64,000 nt of DNA. Origin: Acidobacteriota bacterium. GTDB lineage: Bacteria; Acidobacteriota; Thermoanaerobaculia; Multivoradales; Multivoraceae. The stretch is taken from positions 405,620 to 469,619 of the forward strand of contig JAPPCR010000023.1 of assembly GCA_028875725.1 (NCBI GenBank), read 5' to 3'. This document shows, piece after piece, positions 11,272 to 20,783 of this stretch; the stretch's first letter is position 1, and every line of letters begins with the position of its first letter. A model generated the notes under the pieces. That model saw only the letters and a list, made by a program, of their open reading frames with translations. It had not been told where the DNA came from and did no database searches. The position numbers and the translations under genes are program-made.

Positions 11272-13013
11272 GGTCCCGCTCCGGTCGCTCCCGTAAGCCG
11301 CAGCGAATCACGAGCAGCGGCGTCGATCTCGTCGCCGACCAGACCATCGAGGGCCCGCAGCAGACGATTCGTCACCGCATAGCCCGCGCGCCGAACGCGC
11401 GACGAGGTCGGTTGGCCGGTCACCCGGACCGCGAAGGCGAAGCGAGGCGGCTGCCCGCCGCCCGCGGGGAAGAAGCCGGCGTAATTCACGTGGAACGGCT
11501 TGTCCGGACCGCGCGCGGTGCCCGTCTTCATCGCCACCTGCAGCCGCCGCGGGGCGACCCGGTTCGCGGTACCGCCCGGCGACACGACGGCGCGCATCGA
11601 CTCGTGGAGCGCCGGCAACCAGGACGGATCCAGGACCGGGACGGCCTGCGGGTCGTTGGCGACCGGCGTCCGCGGCGAGATGCCGAGCAGGCCGTCCGCC
11701 TGCAGGACGAACCGGGGCTCGCGGCGCAGCCCGTCAGAGAGCGTGGCGGCGAACACTGCGGCGCCGAGAGGCGTGATGGACGCCTCCTCCAGGCCGATCG
11801 AGAGATCGCCGAGCCGCTTGCCTGGATGGCGGTACTCGTGCACCACGCCGATGGCGTTCTTCGGCACGGCCTCACCCTGAGCGCCGCCGATCACGAAGCC
11901 GTAGCGCTCGTACTCCTCCACCAGGGCCCGGTCGCCAACGTCCATCGCGAGCCGGGCGAACGAGACGTTGCAACTGCTCGCCATCGCGTCGGTAAGCCCC
12001 CTGAGGCGCCCGCGGATAGCGGCGCAGTACAGACGCTCGCCGTCCATCAGCACCGAGCCCCGGCAGGTCATGCTGGCGATCTCCTCGTCCGGGTCGAGGC
12101 CGGCCCGCATCGCGGCCGTCGTGGTGATCAGCTTGGCGATCGAGGCCGGCTCGCGCGGGTCGAGCACGCTGTCGCCGCGCGCCCGCCAGCGGCTTCTTCG
12201 GTTCCGGTTGCTGACCGCCGTCAACACCGCACCCGACGGAAGCTCGAGGATCGTGATCGCTCCCTCCTCCCGTCCCAGCGCCCTGGCAGCCGCCTCGCTC
12301 CAGGCCCGGTCGATCGTCAGCCGCAGCGCCCTCGCGCCGGCCGTGGAAGTGGCCATCGCCCCCGGTCCCGCGGCGGCCAGACCGGGCGGCTGAAGAGCGG
12401 GGGGAAGCAGGTGCGTCGCCAGCTCGGGCGGAACGAGCCCCGCCGGCAGATCCTCTTCCAGGGTCAGGGAACGGTCATCGCCGATCGATCCCAACGGCCG
12501 GCCCCTACGGTCGAACAGCAGTTGCTGGACACCCGAGGCGTCGACCAACTGCGCCCGGCGCAGCCGCCGCTCGAAGGCCGACGCGGGCGGTTCGACCACG
12601 GACTCCGCCGCCGCCTCGCCAGAACCGGCCGCCGCATCCGCGGTAACCGGACGGTTCAACCCGAGTTCGACTTCGGCAGCCTCCAGCAGTGCCGGCGGCA
12701 GGTGCTCGGCGTACTCGTCGTAGAGATCCGCCACCTCCCGCCAGCGACTCTCTCCGGCCGCCTGCCGGGCGGCAAGGCCGAGCAGTTGCGGCGCCCTCTC
12801 GGCGAGCTCTGCGAAGTCCGCGCCCCCTATCGCCGCTTCCGCCATCCGCAGATCGACACGCGCCTGGCGCACGTCCTGCCGGACCCGGAACGAAAGGACG
12901 GCTGCCACCGCGAGCGCCAGGACCAGCACCGCCTGAACCCGACGGCGCGGAGGCCAGAGGACGCGCCACGTCTCTGCGGCGCCACGCCCAGCGTTCTTCC
13001 GGTTACCGCTCAT
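11268..13013 (-). CDS. penicillin-binding protein, transpeptidase domain
   Basis: SxxK (SIAKLITT) and KTG (AMKTGTA) active-site motifs. One N-terminal TM helix. Start placed at the second ATG (MSGNRKN...), which avoids overlap with the sulfatase; the longer ORF starts at 13064. Confidence 0.7.
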   Translation of the reverse strand: MSGNRKNAGRGAAETWRVLWPPRRRVQAVLVLALAVAAVLSFRVRQDVRQARVDLRMAEAAIGGADFAELAERAPQLLGLAARQAAGESRWREVADLYDEYAEHLPPALLEAAEVELGLNRPVTADAAAGSGEAAAESVVEPPASAFERRLRRAQLVDASGVQQLLFDRRGRPLGSIGDDRSLTLEEDLPAGLVPPELATHLLPPALQPPGLAAAGPGAMATSTAGARALRLTIDRAWSEAAARALGREEGAITILELPSGAVLTAVSNRNRRSRWRARGDSVLDPREPASIAKLITTTAAMRAGLDPDEEIASMTCRGSVLMDGERLYCAAIRGRLRGLTDAMASSCNVSFARLAMDVGDRALVEEYERYGFVIGGAQGEAVPKNAIGVVHEYRHPGKRLGDLSIGLEEASITPLGAAVFAATLSDGLRREPRFVLQADGLLGISPRTPVANDPQAVPVLDPSWLPALHESMRAVVSPGGTANRVAPRRLQVAMKTGTARGPDKPFHVNYAGFFPAGGGQPPRFAFAVRVTGQPTSSRVRRAGYAVTNRLLRALDGLVGDEIDAAARDSLRLTGATGAGP

Positions 13014-13035
13014 CTCCTCGCCGCGAAAGGGCGAC

Positions 13036-14559
13036 TCAGAATACCAACTGCACCCACTCTCCATCGATCTGGGTGATCGTCGAGCGCACGCCGGGGAGGA
13101 TCTGCTCGTCGAGCAGCGTCCCGCGCCAGGAATCCAGCTCGGCCTCCAGCCGCGCGACGACGTCCGGTTGCTCCGCCGCCAGGTTGTTCAGTTCGCCCAC
13201 GTCCGCGTCGAGGTCGTAGAGCAGCGTGAGCTGGCCGTGCGGCGAGTCGGTCGGCCAGCCGCCCTCCGGCGGCTGCAGGCGGCCGTCCCCGCGCAGGTTG
13301 TCGGGACGAAAGTCCGTGCGGTTGAGCTTGATCAGCTTGTACTGCGCGTCCCGGATCGCGACGCTCGCGCCGGCCCGCCAGTACAGGTACTCGTGCGGCG
13401 CGCCGTCGGCTTCGCCCGTCATGTAGGGCAGCAGGTTCACGCTGTCTTCGGTCTCCGCCTCTTCGCCCGCCGCCGCGGTGAACGTCGCCATGTAGTCGAG
13501 CGTGATCACCGGATGACTGATCTCCTGCCCGCCATCGACGGCCGCCGGCCAGCTCATGATGAACGGGATCCGGACGCCGCCCTCGTGGTGGTAGCGCTTG
13601 AAGCCGAACAGCGGACCGTTCGAGCAGGCGTTGCCGATGTAGCCGGCGCAGCCGTTGTCGCTGGCGAAGGCGATCAGCGTGTTCTCGTACACGCCCTGAG
13701 CCTTCAGCGTCTCGACCACCCGCCGCACGCTCTCGTCGAGCGAAGCGACCATCGCCGCGTAGACCCGCGTCCGCTGATCCTCGATGTGGCGGTACCCCTC
13801 CAGGTACTCGGCCGTCGCCTGCAGCGGCGTGTGCGGCGTCGTGTGGCTGAGGTAGAGGAAGAACGGCTCGTCCCCGGCCGCACTGCGCTCGATGAACTCG
13901 ACCGCCTCGTCGGTGAAGACGTCCGTGAGATAACGCTCGACCTTCTCCTCCTCGAATCCGCGCAGGACCTTGTTCCGGCGCTCCGTCGGCCCCTCTTCGC
14001 CGCGACGCGAGCCGTACTCCACACCGGGCAGGCTGGAGTCGATGAAGATGCTGCCGCCTTCCAGGACGCCGAAGTACTCGTCGAAGCCGCGGCTCATCGG
14101 GTGGTGGGGCTCCTGGTGGCCGAGGTGCCACTTGCCGACCATGCCGGTCCGGTAGCCCAGGACCTTCAGACGGTCGGCCAACGTCGCCTCGTCGAGGCTC
14201 ATACCGGCGTTGACGTCGCGGCCGGCCGGGTTGAACTCCCAGCCGTGGCGCTGCTGGTAGCGCCCGGTCACGAGGCCGGCCCGCGACGGGCTGCACACCG
14301 GGTGGCTGACGTAGCCGTCCGTGAACAGGACGCCGCTCGCGGCCAGCGCGTCGATGTGCGGCGTCGAGATGATCTCGCTGCCGTAGATGCCGATGTCGGC
14401 GTAGCCGAGATCGTCCGCGAGGATCAGCACGATGTTTGGCGGGCCGGCGCCTGAGTCCTCGGCCGGGGGATCGGCTTCGGGCGCGCCGCAGGCCCAGGCG
14501 AGCGCGGCGACCGCCCCTAACGCGATGATCCTGGAGTTCCGCGTCGTCATCCTCTTCAT
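13036..14559 (-). CDS. arylsulfatase (formylglycine-dependent sulfatase family)
   Basis: CSPSRAGLVTGRY C-x-P-x-R formylglycine motif. Signal peptide MKRMTTRNSRIIALGAVAALAWA. GGAGG SD 4 nt upstream of ATG 14559. The 964-aa ORF in the track is a 5' read-through. Confidence 0.85.
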   Translation of the reverse strand: MKRMTTRNSRIIALGAVAALAWACGAPEADPPAEDSGAGPPNIVLILADDLGYADIGIYGSEIISTPHIDALAASGVLFTDGYVSHPVCSPSRAGLVTGRYQQRHGWEFNPAGRDVNAGMSLDEATLADRLKVLGYRTGMVGKWHLGHQEPHHPMSRGFDEYFGVLEGGSIFIDSSLPGVEYGSRRGEEGPTERRNKVLRGFEEEKVERYLTDVFTDEAVEFIERSAAGDEPFFLYLSHTTPHTPLQATAEYLEGYRHIEDQRTRVYAAMVASLDESVRRVVETLKAQGVYENTLIAFASDNGCAGYIGNACSNGPLFGFKRYHHEGGVRIPFIMSWPAAVDGGQEISHPVITLDYMATFTAAAGEEAETEDSVNLLPYMTGEADGAPHEYLYWRAGASVAIRDAQYKLIKLNRTDFRPDNLRGDGRLQPPEGGWPTDSPHGQLTLLYDLDADVGELNNLAAEQPDVVARLEAELDSWRGTLLDEQILPGVRSTITQIDGEWVQLVF

Positions 14560-14655
14560 GGGACCTCCCTCCTGGTTCTCAACCCTCTCGAACCGAAGAG
14601 CGTACCGGACGCGGACCCCCCTGGGCCGGCCTCGTGGGCTACGCTCCGCGCTGCC

Positions 14656-15888
14656 ATGACATCCGAAGCCGCAGGGACATCCGAAGCCGCAGGGACATCC
14701 GAAGCCGAAGGCCAATCGGCTGCAACCGAACTCCCGTCCTCGGTGCAGCGACTCGAGCTCGACGAGCGCGAGGTTTTCCTCGTCGGCACCGCCCACGTCT
14801 CGCCCCAGAGCGTGCGCGACACGAAAGAGACGATCGAAGCCGTCGAACCCGACACCGTCTGCGTCGAACTGTGCCCGGCCCGCTACGAGAACCTGGAGAA
14901 CCAGGATTCCTGGCGCAAGCTCGACATCTTCCAGGTCATACGCGAGGGCAAGGCGGCGCTTCTCCTCAGTTCCTTCCTCATGCACTCGTTCCAGCGGCGC
15001 CTCGCCCAGCGATTCGGCATCGAGCCCGGCGCCGAAATGCGGGAAGCGATCGCCCGGGCCCGTGAACGCGGCGCCCGCCTCGAACTGATCGACCGCGACA
15101 TCCAGATCTCCCTGAAGCGCACCTGGGCGTCGCTCGGCTTCTGGCAGCGGACGAAGGTGATGGGCCAGTTGGCCGGCAGCGCGCTGGTCGGCGACGACCT
15201 GAAGGAAGAGGACATCGAGAAGCTCCGCGACAGCGGCAACCTCACCGACCTGATGTCGGCCCTCGCCGAGGCCCTGCCCGGCGTCAAGGACACGTTGATC
15301 GACGAGCGCGACGCCTACATGGCCGAGAAGCTGCGCCAGTCGGCGGGCCCACGGACGGTCGCCGTCGTCGGCGCCGGGCACCTGCCCGGCATCGCCGGCC
15401 TCGCCGACTCCTCCTGCGACCTCGAGGAACTCGAGCAGGTGCCGGACCCGCCGATCTGGCCGCGCATCGTCGCCTGGCTCGTGCCGATCCTGATCATCGC
15501 CCTCTTCGCCTACGGCCTCGTCTGGGGCGACAGGGAGCGCGCCGTCGAATCCGTGTACATCTGGGTCGCGCTGAACGGCGGCCTCGCCGCTCTCGGCGCC
15601 GTCATCGCTCTGGCGCACCCGGTCACGATCCTCGCCGCCTTCGCCGCCGCGCCCCTGACCAGCCTGAATCCCCTGATGGCGGCCGGCTGGGTCGCCGGCC
15701 TGGTCCAGGCCGTGCTCCGCAAGCCCCTCGTCGCCGACATGGAGAACCTCGCCGACAGCCTGGGTTCCGTCCGCGGCTTCTGGAGCAACCGCCTCACCCG
15801 CATCCTGCTGGTCGTCGTTCTGTGCAACCTGGGCAGCGTCCTGGCTACCTTCATAGCCGGCGCCTGGATCGTCGGCCGCACGATTTGA
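14656..15888 (+). CDS. TraB/GumN-family protein
   Basis: GTAHVSP...VCVEL...RD..M TraB-family core with C-terminal TM helices. The 5' end contains a 3x18-bp in-frame tandem repeat, so the true start may be further downstream. Confidence 0.7.
   Translation: MTSEAAGTSEAAGTSEAEGQSAATELPSSVQRLELDEREVFLVGTAHVSPQSVRDTKETIEAVEPDTVCVELCPARYENLENQDSWRKLDIFQVIREGKAALLLSSFLMHSFQRRLAQRFGIEPGAEMREAIARARERGARLELIDRDIQISLKRTWASLGFWQRTKVMGQLAGSALVGDDLKEEDIEKLRDSGNLTDLMSALAEALPGVKDTLIDERDAYMAEKLRQSAGPRTVAVVGAGHLPGIAGLADSSCDLEELEQVPDPPIWPRIVAWLVPILIIALFAYGLVWGDRERAVESVYIWVALNGGLAALGAVIALAHPVTILAAFAAAPLTSLNPLMAAGWVAGLVQAVLRKPLVADMENLADSLGSVRGFWSNRLTRILLVVVLCNLGSVLATFIAGAWIVGRTI
14658..14711 (+). repeat. 3 x 18-bp perfect/near-perfect tandem repeat (gacatccgaagccgcagg) at the 5' end of the TraB-family ORF
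   Basis: Visible directly in the sequence. In frame it encodes TSEAAG x3. Confidence 0.8.
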
Positions 15889-16130
15889 ACAAGCGCCGGG
15901 GGATTCCGGTCCACTTCCAGCTTTGGCCAATAGTTGATAGCGCTAGTCGGAGGCCGTGACTCCGCGCCGAAACTGGGTCAAGGAGCCAGGCAGATCAAGA
16001 CCACGTTCCCAGTCTGCTCGCCGTCGCCGCGAGGGAGAGAGCGTCTCGACCTCAACACGAGACTCTGCCGCCAGGCTGGACAACTCGCCACAAGCCGTTT
16101 ATTGTCGTAAATCTAACCTTTGAAGGTGAA

Positions 16131-17295
16131 TATGCGACAATCTACAGCCAGACAACGTCTCCTCAACGCCGCTCTCTGGCGACTCTCCCAATCGCCGGTC
16201 ACCGCTCTTCTGGGGGCCCGGCAGGTGGGAAAGACGACGCTCGCCCAGCAGATCGTGGCGGCGTGGGAGGGGCCTTCCACGGTCTACGACCTGGAGCTGC
16301 CAGCGGTGCGCGAGGCGTTCCACACGACCCCGGAGCGGTTGCTTCGAGGCGGCGAGGGCCTGGTCGTGATCGACGAGGTACAGCGCGTACCCGAGCTGTT
16401 CGAGATTCTGCGACCCATCTGCGACGACCCTGACCGAAAGGCGATCTTCCTGCTCCTGGGCAGCGCCTCCTGGGACCTGATCCGGGGCGTCTCCGAGACT
16501 CTGGCCGGACGGATCTCGTTCGTCGACGTCAGCGGCTTCTCTCTCGATGAGGTCGGAGTCGAGAGTCAGGACCGGCTCTGGATCCGCGGCGGCTTTCCAC
16601 TCGCGTACCTCGCGGAGTCGGATGCCGCGTGCACGGTGTGGATGGAGTCGTTCACGCGCACCTTCCTGGAGCGGGACGTTCCGGGACTCGGGTCGAGGGT
16701 GTCGCCGGAGGCCCTCGGCCGCTTCTGGACCATGCTGGCGCACGTCCACTCACAGACCTGGAACGCGTCGGCGCTCGGCCGCTCGATGGGAGTCGGCGTC
16801 AACGCGGTGAACCACTATCGCGACCTGCTCGCGGGGACGTTCATGATCCGGGTGCTGCAGCCGTGGTTCGAGAACGTCGGCAAGCGCGTCGTCAAGGCGC
16901 CAAAGGTCTACCTGCGCGACTCAGGCATCCTCCACCATCTGCTGGGGCTGGGGTCGATGGACGATCTCGTCCGCCATCCGGCCTATGGCCCCAGTTGGGA
17001 GGGCTTCGCCCTGGAACAGACCCTGATCGCGTTCGGCTCCCGCCAGGCGTACTTCTGGGGCACTCATCGGGGCGCGGAACTCGACCTCCTGCTCCTCCGC
17101 GGCGGCAGACGCTGGGGCTTCGAGTTCAAGTGCGCGGACGCCCCCAGGACGACCAAGTCGATGCACACGGTCAGCAGGGACCTGGGGCTCCAACACCTGT
17201 GGGTGATCTACCCGGGCGACATGGAGTACCCGTTGACGGAGAAGATCACCGCGGTCCCGCTCAAGAAGATCCGCCAGATCAAGGTGACAAACTAG
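16131..17295 (+). CDS. AAA+ ATPase (DUF4143-type)
   Basis: Walker A GARQVGKTTL and Walker B VVIDEVQ. ATG at 16131 with GAAGGTG SD; the track ORF starts at an upstream TTG (16120). Confidence 0.75.
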
Positions 17296-17318
17296 CGAAA
17301 CGCCAAAGGAGCCGATGG

Positions 17319-17996
17319 ATGACTGAACCGACCACCTACGAGCAGATCGGCGACGTGGCCCTGATCACGATGGACGACGGCAAGGCGAACGTCTTCGGAC
17401 CGCCCATGATCGCCGCCGTGAACGCCCAGCTCGACCGTGCCGCGGACGATGCCAAAGCCGTCGTCCTGACCGGCCGGCCCGGCCTGTTCTCCGGCGGCTT
17501 CGACCTCAACGTGTTTCGCGATGCCGGCCCGGCGGAAGCCCGCGCGATGGGACTCGCCGGAGCGCGTCTGATGATGCGCCTGTACGGATGGCCGCAACCC
17601 CTGGTCGTCGCGGCCAGCGGCCACGCCATCGCGCTCGGCGCGCTCTGCGTGCTCACCGGCGACCACCGACTGGCCGCTGACGGCGACTTCCGGTTCGGGC
17701 TGAACGAGGTCGCGATCGGCAGAACGCTGCCGCCGTTCGCCTGGCTGCTGGCCAGGGATCGGCTCTCCAAGCGCGCCCTGACGCTAGCCGCCCTGACCGC
17801 GAGGATGTACGACGCCGAGGGCGCGCGCGATGCCGGTTTCGTCGACGCCGTAGCACCCGCCGGCGAGCTGCGCGACGCCGCCCTCGAGCGGGCCGCGCAG
17901 TTGGCCGAACTCGACGCCAACGCGTTCTCCGCAATGAAGCGGGGCCTGAGAGGCGACGGCATCGACGCCGTCGTGGCCGGTCTGGACGGAGGCTAG
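17319..17996 (+). CDS. enoyl-CoA hydratase/isomerase (crotonase) family protein
   Basis: Crotonase-fold signature LTGRPGLFSGGFDL. AAAGGAG SD 7 nt upstream of ATG 17319. The long track ORF (16629..) is read-through. Confidence 0.75.
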   Translation: MTEPTTYEQIGDVALITMDDGKANVFGPPMIAAVNAQLDRAADDAKAVVLTGRPGLFSGGFDLNVFRDAGPAEARAMGLAGARLMMRLYGWPQPLVVAASGHAIALGALCVLTGDHRLAADGDFRFGLNEVAIGRTLPPFAWLLARDRLSKRALTLAALTARMYDAEGARDAGFVDAVAPAGELRDAALERAAQLAELDANAFSAMKRGLRGDGIDAVVAGLDGG

Positions 17997-18002
17997 GAAC
18001 GA

Positions 18003-18734
18003 ATGGCTCTCGACGTTTACTTCAGCGCCACGCCCAACGGCTGGAAGATCTCGATCATGCTCGAGGAGCTGCGCGAGGCGGGAGTCGAACTGCCCGAGAC
18101 GCGCATCCACATGGTCGACCTCTCGGCCGGCGACCAGTTCACGCCCGAGTTCACCGCGATCAACCCGAACCAGAAGATGCCGGCCCTGGTGGATGACGGC
18201 CGCGCCGTCATGGAGAGCTGCGCCATCCTGCAGTACCTCGGCGAGAAGTACCCGACCCCGCTCTTCCCGACGGACGAGCGGCGCTGGGACGTCCTTCCCT
18301 GGCTCTACTGGCAGGCCGCCAATCTCGGCCCGGCCTTCGGCAACAAGCTGAGCTACACGCGTTACATCGACATTCCCGATGAACAGAAGGCCCATCCGCT
18401 GGAACGATTCGGCAGGGAGTCGCTGCGGCTGGTGGCGATTCTCGGCCGCCGGTTCGAGAAGCACCCCTACATCTGCGGGGACGACTTCACGGTCGCCGAT
18501 ATCTCCGTCTTCCCCTGGATCCGGGCGTACAAGTGGGCGAAGGTCGACATCACGACCCAGCCCGCCGTGGTCGACTGGCTGAAGCGCGTTCGAGCCCGCC
18601 CGGGCGTGGATCGCGGAGTCGCCTACGGCGTGCCGAAGGACGAGGTCGACAGCTTCAGCAAGGAGCGCCGGGAACGCTACAAGGCACGCGGCGCGCAGAT
18701 CGCCGCGAACGAGAATCTCCGGACGTCGGTCTGA
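18003..18734 (+). CDS. glutathione S-transferase family protein
   Basis: Thioredoxin-like N-terminus (SATPNGWKISIMLEE) and a GST C-terminal helical domain. Confidence 0.75.
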   Translation: MALDVYFSATPNGWKISIMLEELREAGVELPETRIHMVDLSAGDQFTPEFTAINPNQKMPALVDDGRAVMESCAILQYLGEKYPTPLFPTDERRWDVLPWLYWQAANLGPAFGNKLSYTRYIDIPDEQKAHPLERFGRESLRLVAILGRRFEKHPYICGDDFTVADISVFPWIRAYKWAKVDITTQPAVVDWLKRVRARPGVDRGVAYGVPKDEVDSFSKERRERYKARGAQIAANENLRTSV

Positions 18735-18799
18735 TCGCAGGCCGAGCAGCCCGAACCGCCTGCACCGCTAGAATTCCCGAAGTCTCGGAGATTGGAGCG

Positions 18800-19051
18800 A
18801 TGAGCCAGGAAGCGACAGTCCAGCAGGTCCAGCTCATGGGCCACCGGATCCGACGCCTGCGGCGCAAGAACAAGCTGACGCAGCCGGCGCTGGCCGAGCG
18901 GGTCGGCATCCCGGCGTCCGATCTTTCCCGAATCGAGCGGGATGAGCTCCGCGTCAGCCTCGACGTCCTGATCCGCATCGTCGCCGAGTTCAACGTCGGG
19001 CTCGACGAGTTGATGGGCAAGCCGGCGGCCCGGCCACGCGGCCGCCGCTAA
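18800..19051 (+). CDS. XRE-family helix-turn-helix transcriptional regulator
   Basis: LRRKNKLTQPALAERVGIPASDLSRIERDE is a classic HTH_3 motif. 83 aa. Confidence 0.75.
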   Translation: MSQEATVQQVQLMGHRIRRLRRKNKLTQPALAERVGIPASDLSRIERDELRVSLDVLIRIVAEFNVGLDELMGKPAARPRGRR

Positions 19052-19115
19052 CACTGGGTGCGCCGGCGCCCTCGCCGGCTGCCGCCGAAGGCGGCCGGGA
19101 AGACGGGCCGGCTCC
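19052..19115 (+). repeat. intergenic double-hairpin repeat, copy A (immediately 3' of the XRE gene stop)
   Basis: cactgggtgcgccggcgccctcgccggctgccgccgaaggcggccgg contains two GC hairpins (GCCGGCG-CCCT-CGCCGGC and GCCGCC-GAA-GGCGGC). About 90% identical over roughly 50 nt to the copy at 58585..58661 (minus strand). The first 20 nt are shared with 23093. Confidence 0.6.
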
Positions 19116-19116
19116 G

Positions 19117-20739
19117 CTATCCGACGGCCTCAACGAGCCGTCGCAGCCCCGCTCCGACATCGCCGTCGAGGTGAACCGCGAGCACTCGGCGCTTTCGCTC
19201 CACCAACACCTCGTAGTCGCCCCACGCCTGAGCGAGCTGGACCTGGCCGAAGGTCAGGCTTTCCCCGGGGACCGGGATGTCCGCAGCCGGCGGCTCCGCA
19301 GTGATCTGGAGGAACAGGCCACGGTTCGGGCCGCCCTTGTGGGCCTGGCCCGTGGAGTGGAGAAAGCTCGGCCCGAAACCGAGAGCGGACGCGCCGCCTG
19401 TCGCACCGGCGATGCGCCGGCGCAGCGTCTGGAGCAACTCCTCGTTCGGGCCGCTCCGGTCCAGGTAGGCCGAGACGACGGCGTAGCCCCCCTCGGGAAA
19501 CGTCGCGACGTGGGTACCCAAGACTTCGGCCAGGCCGAGCGCACTGACGTCCCCCAATCGGACGACGCCGCTGGGCTCGGTCGTGTCACCTGCCCTGATC
19601 CGCTCGACGTAGCGCCGGGTAACGACCTTGGACGACTCCACGTCCGGCTGGTCGAAGGGGTTGACGCCCAGCAGTGCGCCGGCCACCGCCGTGGCGAACT
19701 GCCAGCGGAAGAACTCGCCGCCGAGGTCGGCGGCGACGTCGGCCCCGATGTGTGCCTGCGGCGCGTGTGCCGGTGCACCGTGGCTCGCACCGCTTCCGAG
19801 CACGATGTCGAGTCGGTCGGCGCTCGGCTCCGCCGGCAAGCCGGCCGCCGCCACCGGCAGCAGCAGCACGTCACCCTTGCCGAGCGATTCCGCGAGGAGC
19901 TGCTCCACCCAACCGACCATCTCCGAGCAACCGTCCGGCGCGTGGAGGTAGAGCTTGTCGCGGCCGCAGTCGTGCGCCGCGGCGAGCAGCAGGCCCAGTT
20001 CGACGCCGGCGTTCGTCTCGTCACCATCGTCCGACCGGCGGCAGGCGGCGGCCATTCGCCGTGCGCTCGCGAGCAGCGGTTCGCTTTCGATCCCGGCAAC
20101 CGCGGCCGGCACAAGACCGAACGCGGAGAGCACGGAGAACCGACCGCCGATGTCCGGGTGGCCGAAGACGACCCGCGCACCAGCGTCCCGGGCGCGCGTT
20201 TCCAGCGCCGAACCGGGATCGGTGATCGCCAGCGCGGAAACGGAAGCCGCATCGCCCAACCGGTCCAGCAGCAGTTCGAACGCCAGCTTCGTCTCGAGCG
20301 TGCCGCCCGACTTGGACGCGGCGATGACCCGAAGGTTCACCGGGTCGACTCCGTAGAGCGCGCGGGCGATCTCCCGAGGGTCCGTCGTGTCGAGGACGAT
20401 GAACTCCGCGTCGACCTGCCCCGGCAGCGCCTGCCACAGCAGGTCGGCGCCGAGCGCCGAGCCGCCCATGCCGAGCAGCAGGCAGCGTTCGAATGGCGGG
20501 CCGGCGAGGTGCCCGGCGAGCTTCGCGGCCTCCGTATCGGCGCGTTTGCCACTGGCGTCGACGAGCGTCAGCCGGCCCAGCCGTTCAACGTCCAGCCAGC
20601 CGAGCCACTCCTCCTCGCCCGAATCGGTCCAGAGCGAGCCGTCGCGGGACCAGAGCCGAGCGGTGCCGTTGACGTCGCGCCACTGTCGGCGACGGCGCTC
20701 CAACGCTGCGATGAGACTGGAGTCCGCCTCGACTTGCAT
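19117..20739 (-). CDS. pgi: glucose-6-phosphate isomerase
   Basis: PGI/SIS signatures GMGGSALG, ASKSGGTLET and HPDIGGRFSVLSAFG. Start placed at the internal ATG (MQVEADSSLIAAL...), 541 aa. Confidence 0.8.
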   Translation of the reverse strand: MQVEADSSLIAALERRRRQWRDVNGTARLWSRDGSLWTDSGEEEWLGWLDVERLGRLTLVDASGKRADTEAAKLAGHLAGPPFERCLLLGMGGSALGADLLWQALPGQVDAEFIVLDTTDPREIARALYGVDPVNLRVIAASKSGGTLETKLAFELLLDRLGDAASVSALAITDPGSALETRARDAGARVVFGHPDIGGRFSVLSAFGLVPAAVAGIESEPLLASARRMAAACRRSDDGDETNAGVELGLLLAAAHDCGRDKLYLHAPDGCSEMVGWVEQLLAESLGKGDVLLLPVAAAGLPAEPSADRLDIVLGSGASHGAPAHAPQAHIGADVAADLGGEFFRWQFATAVAGALLGVNPFDQPDVESSKVVTRRYVERIRAGDTTEPSGVVRLGDVSALGLAEVLGTHVATFPEGGYAVVSAYLDRSGPNEELLQTLRRRIAGATGGASALGFGPSFLHSTGQAHKGGPNRGLFLQITAEPPAADIPVPGESLTFGQVQLAQAWGDYEVLVERKRRVLAVHLDGDVGAGLRRLVEAVG

Positions 20740-20783
20740 CACGTTGGCGGATGGTAGCGCCGCCGGCAAGACGGCGCATGCAG

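Noticed and set aside
16099-16749. 216-aa minus ORF across the start of the AAA ATPase gene
   Set aside because: It overlaps a motif-rich plus-strand gene (Walker A/B) and has no features of its own.
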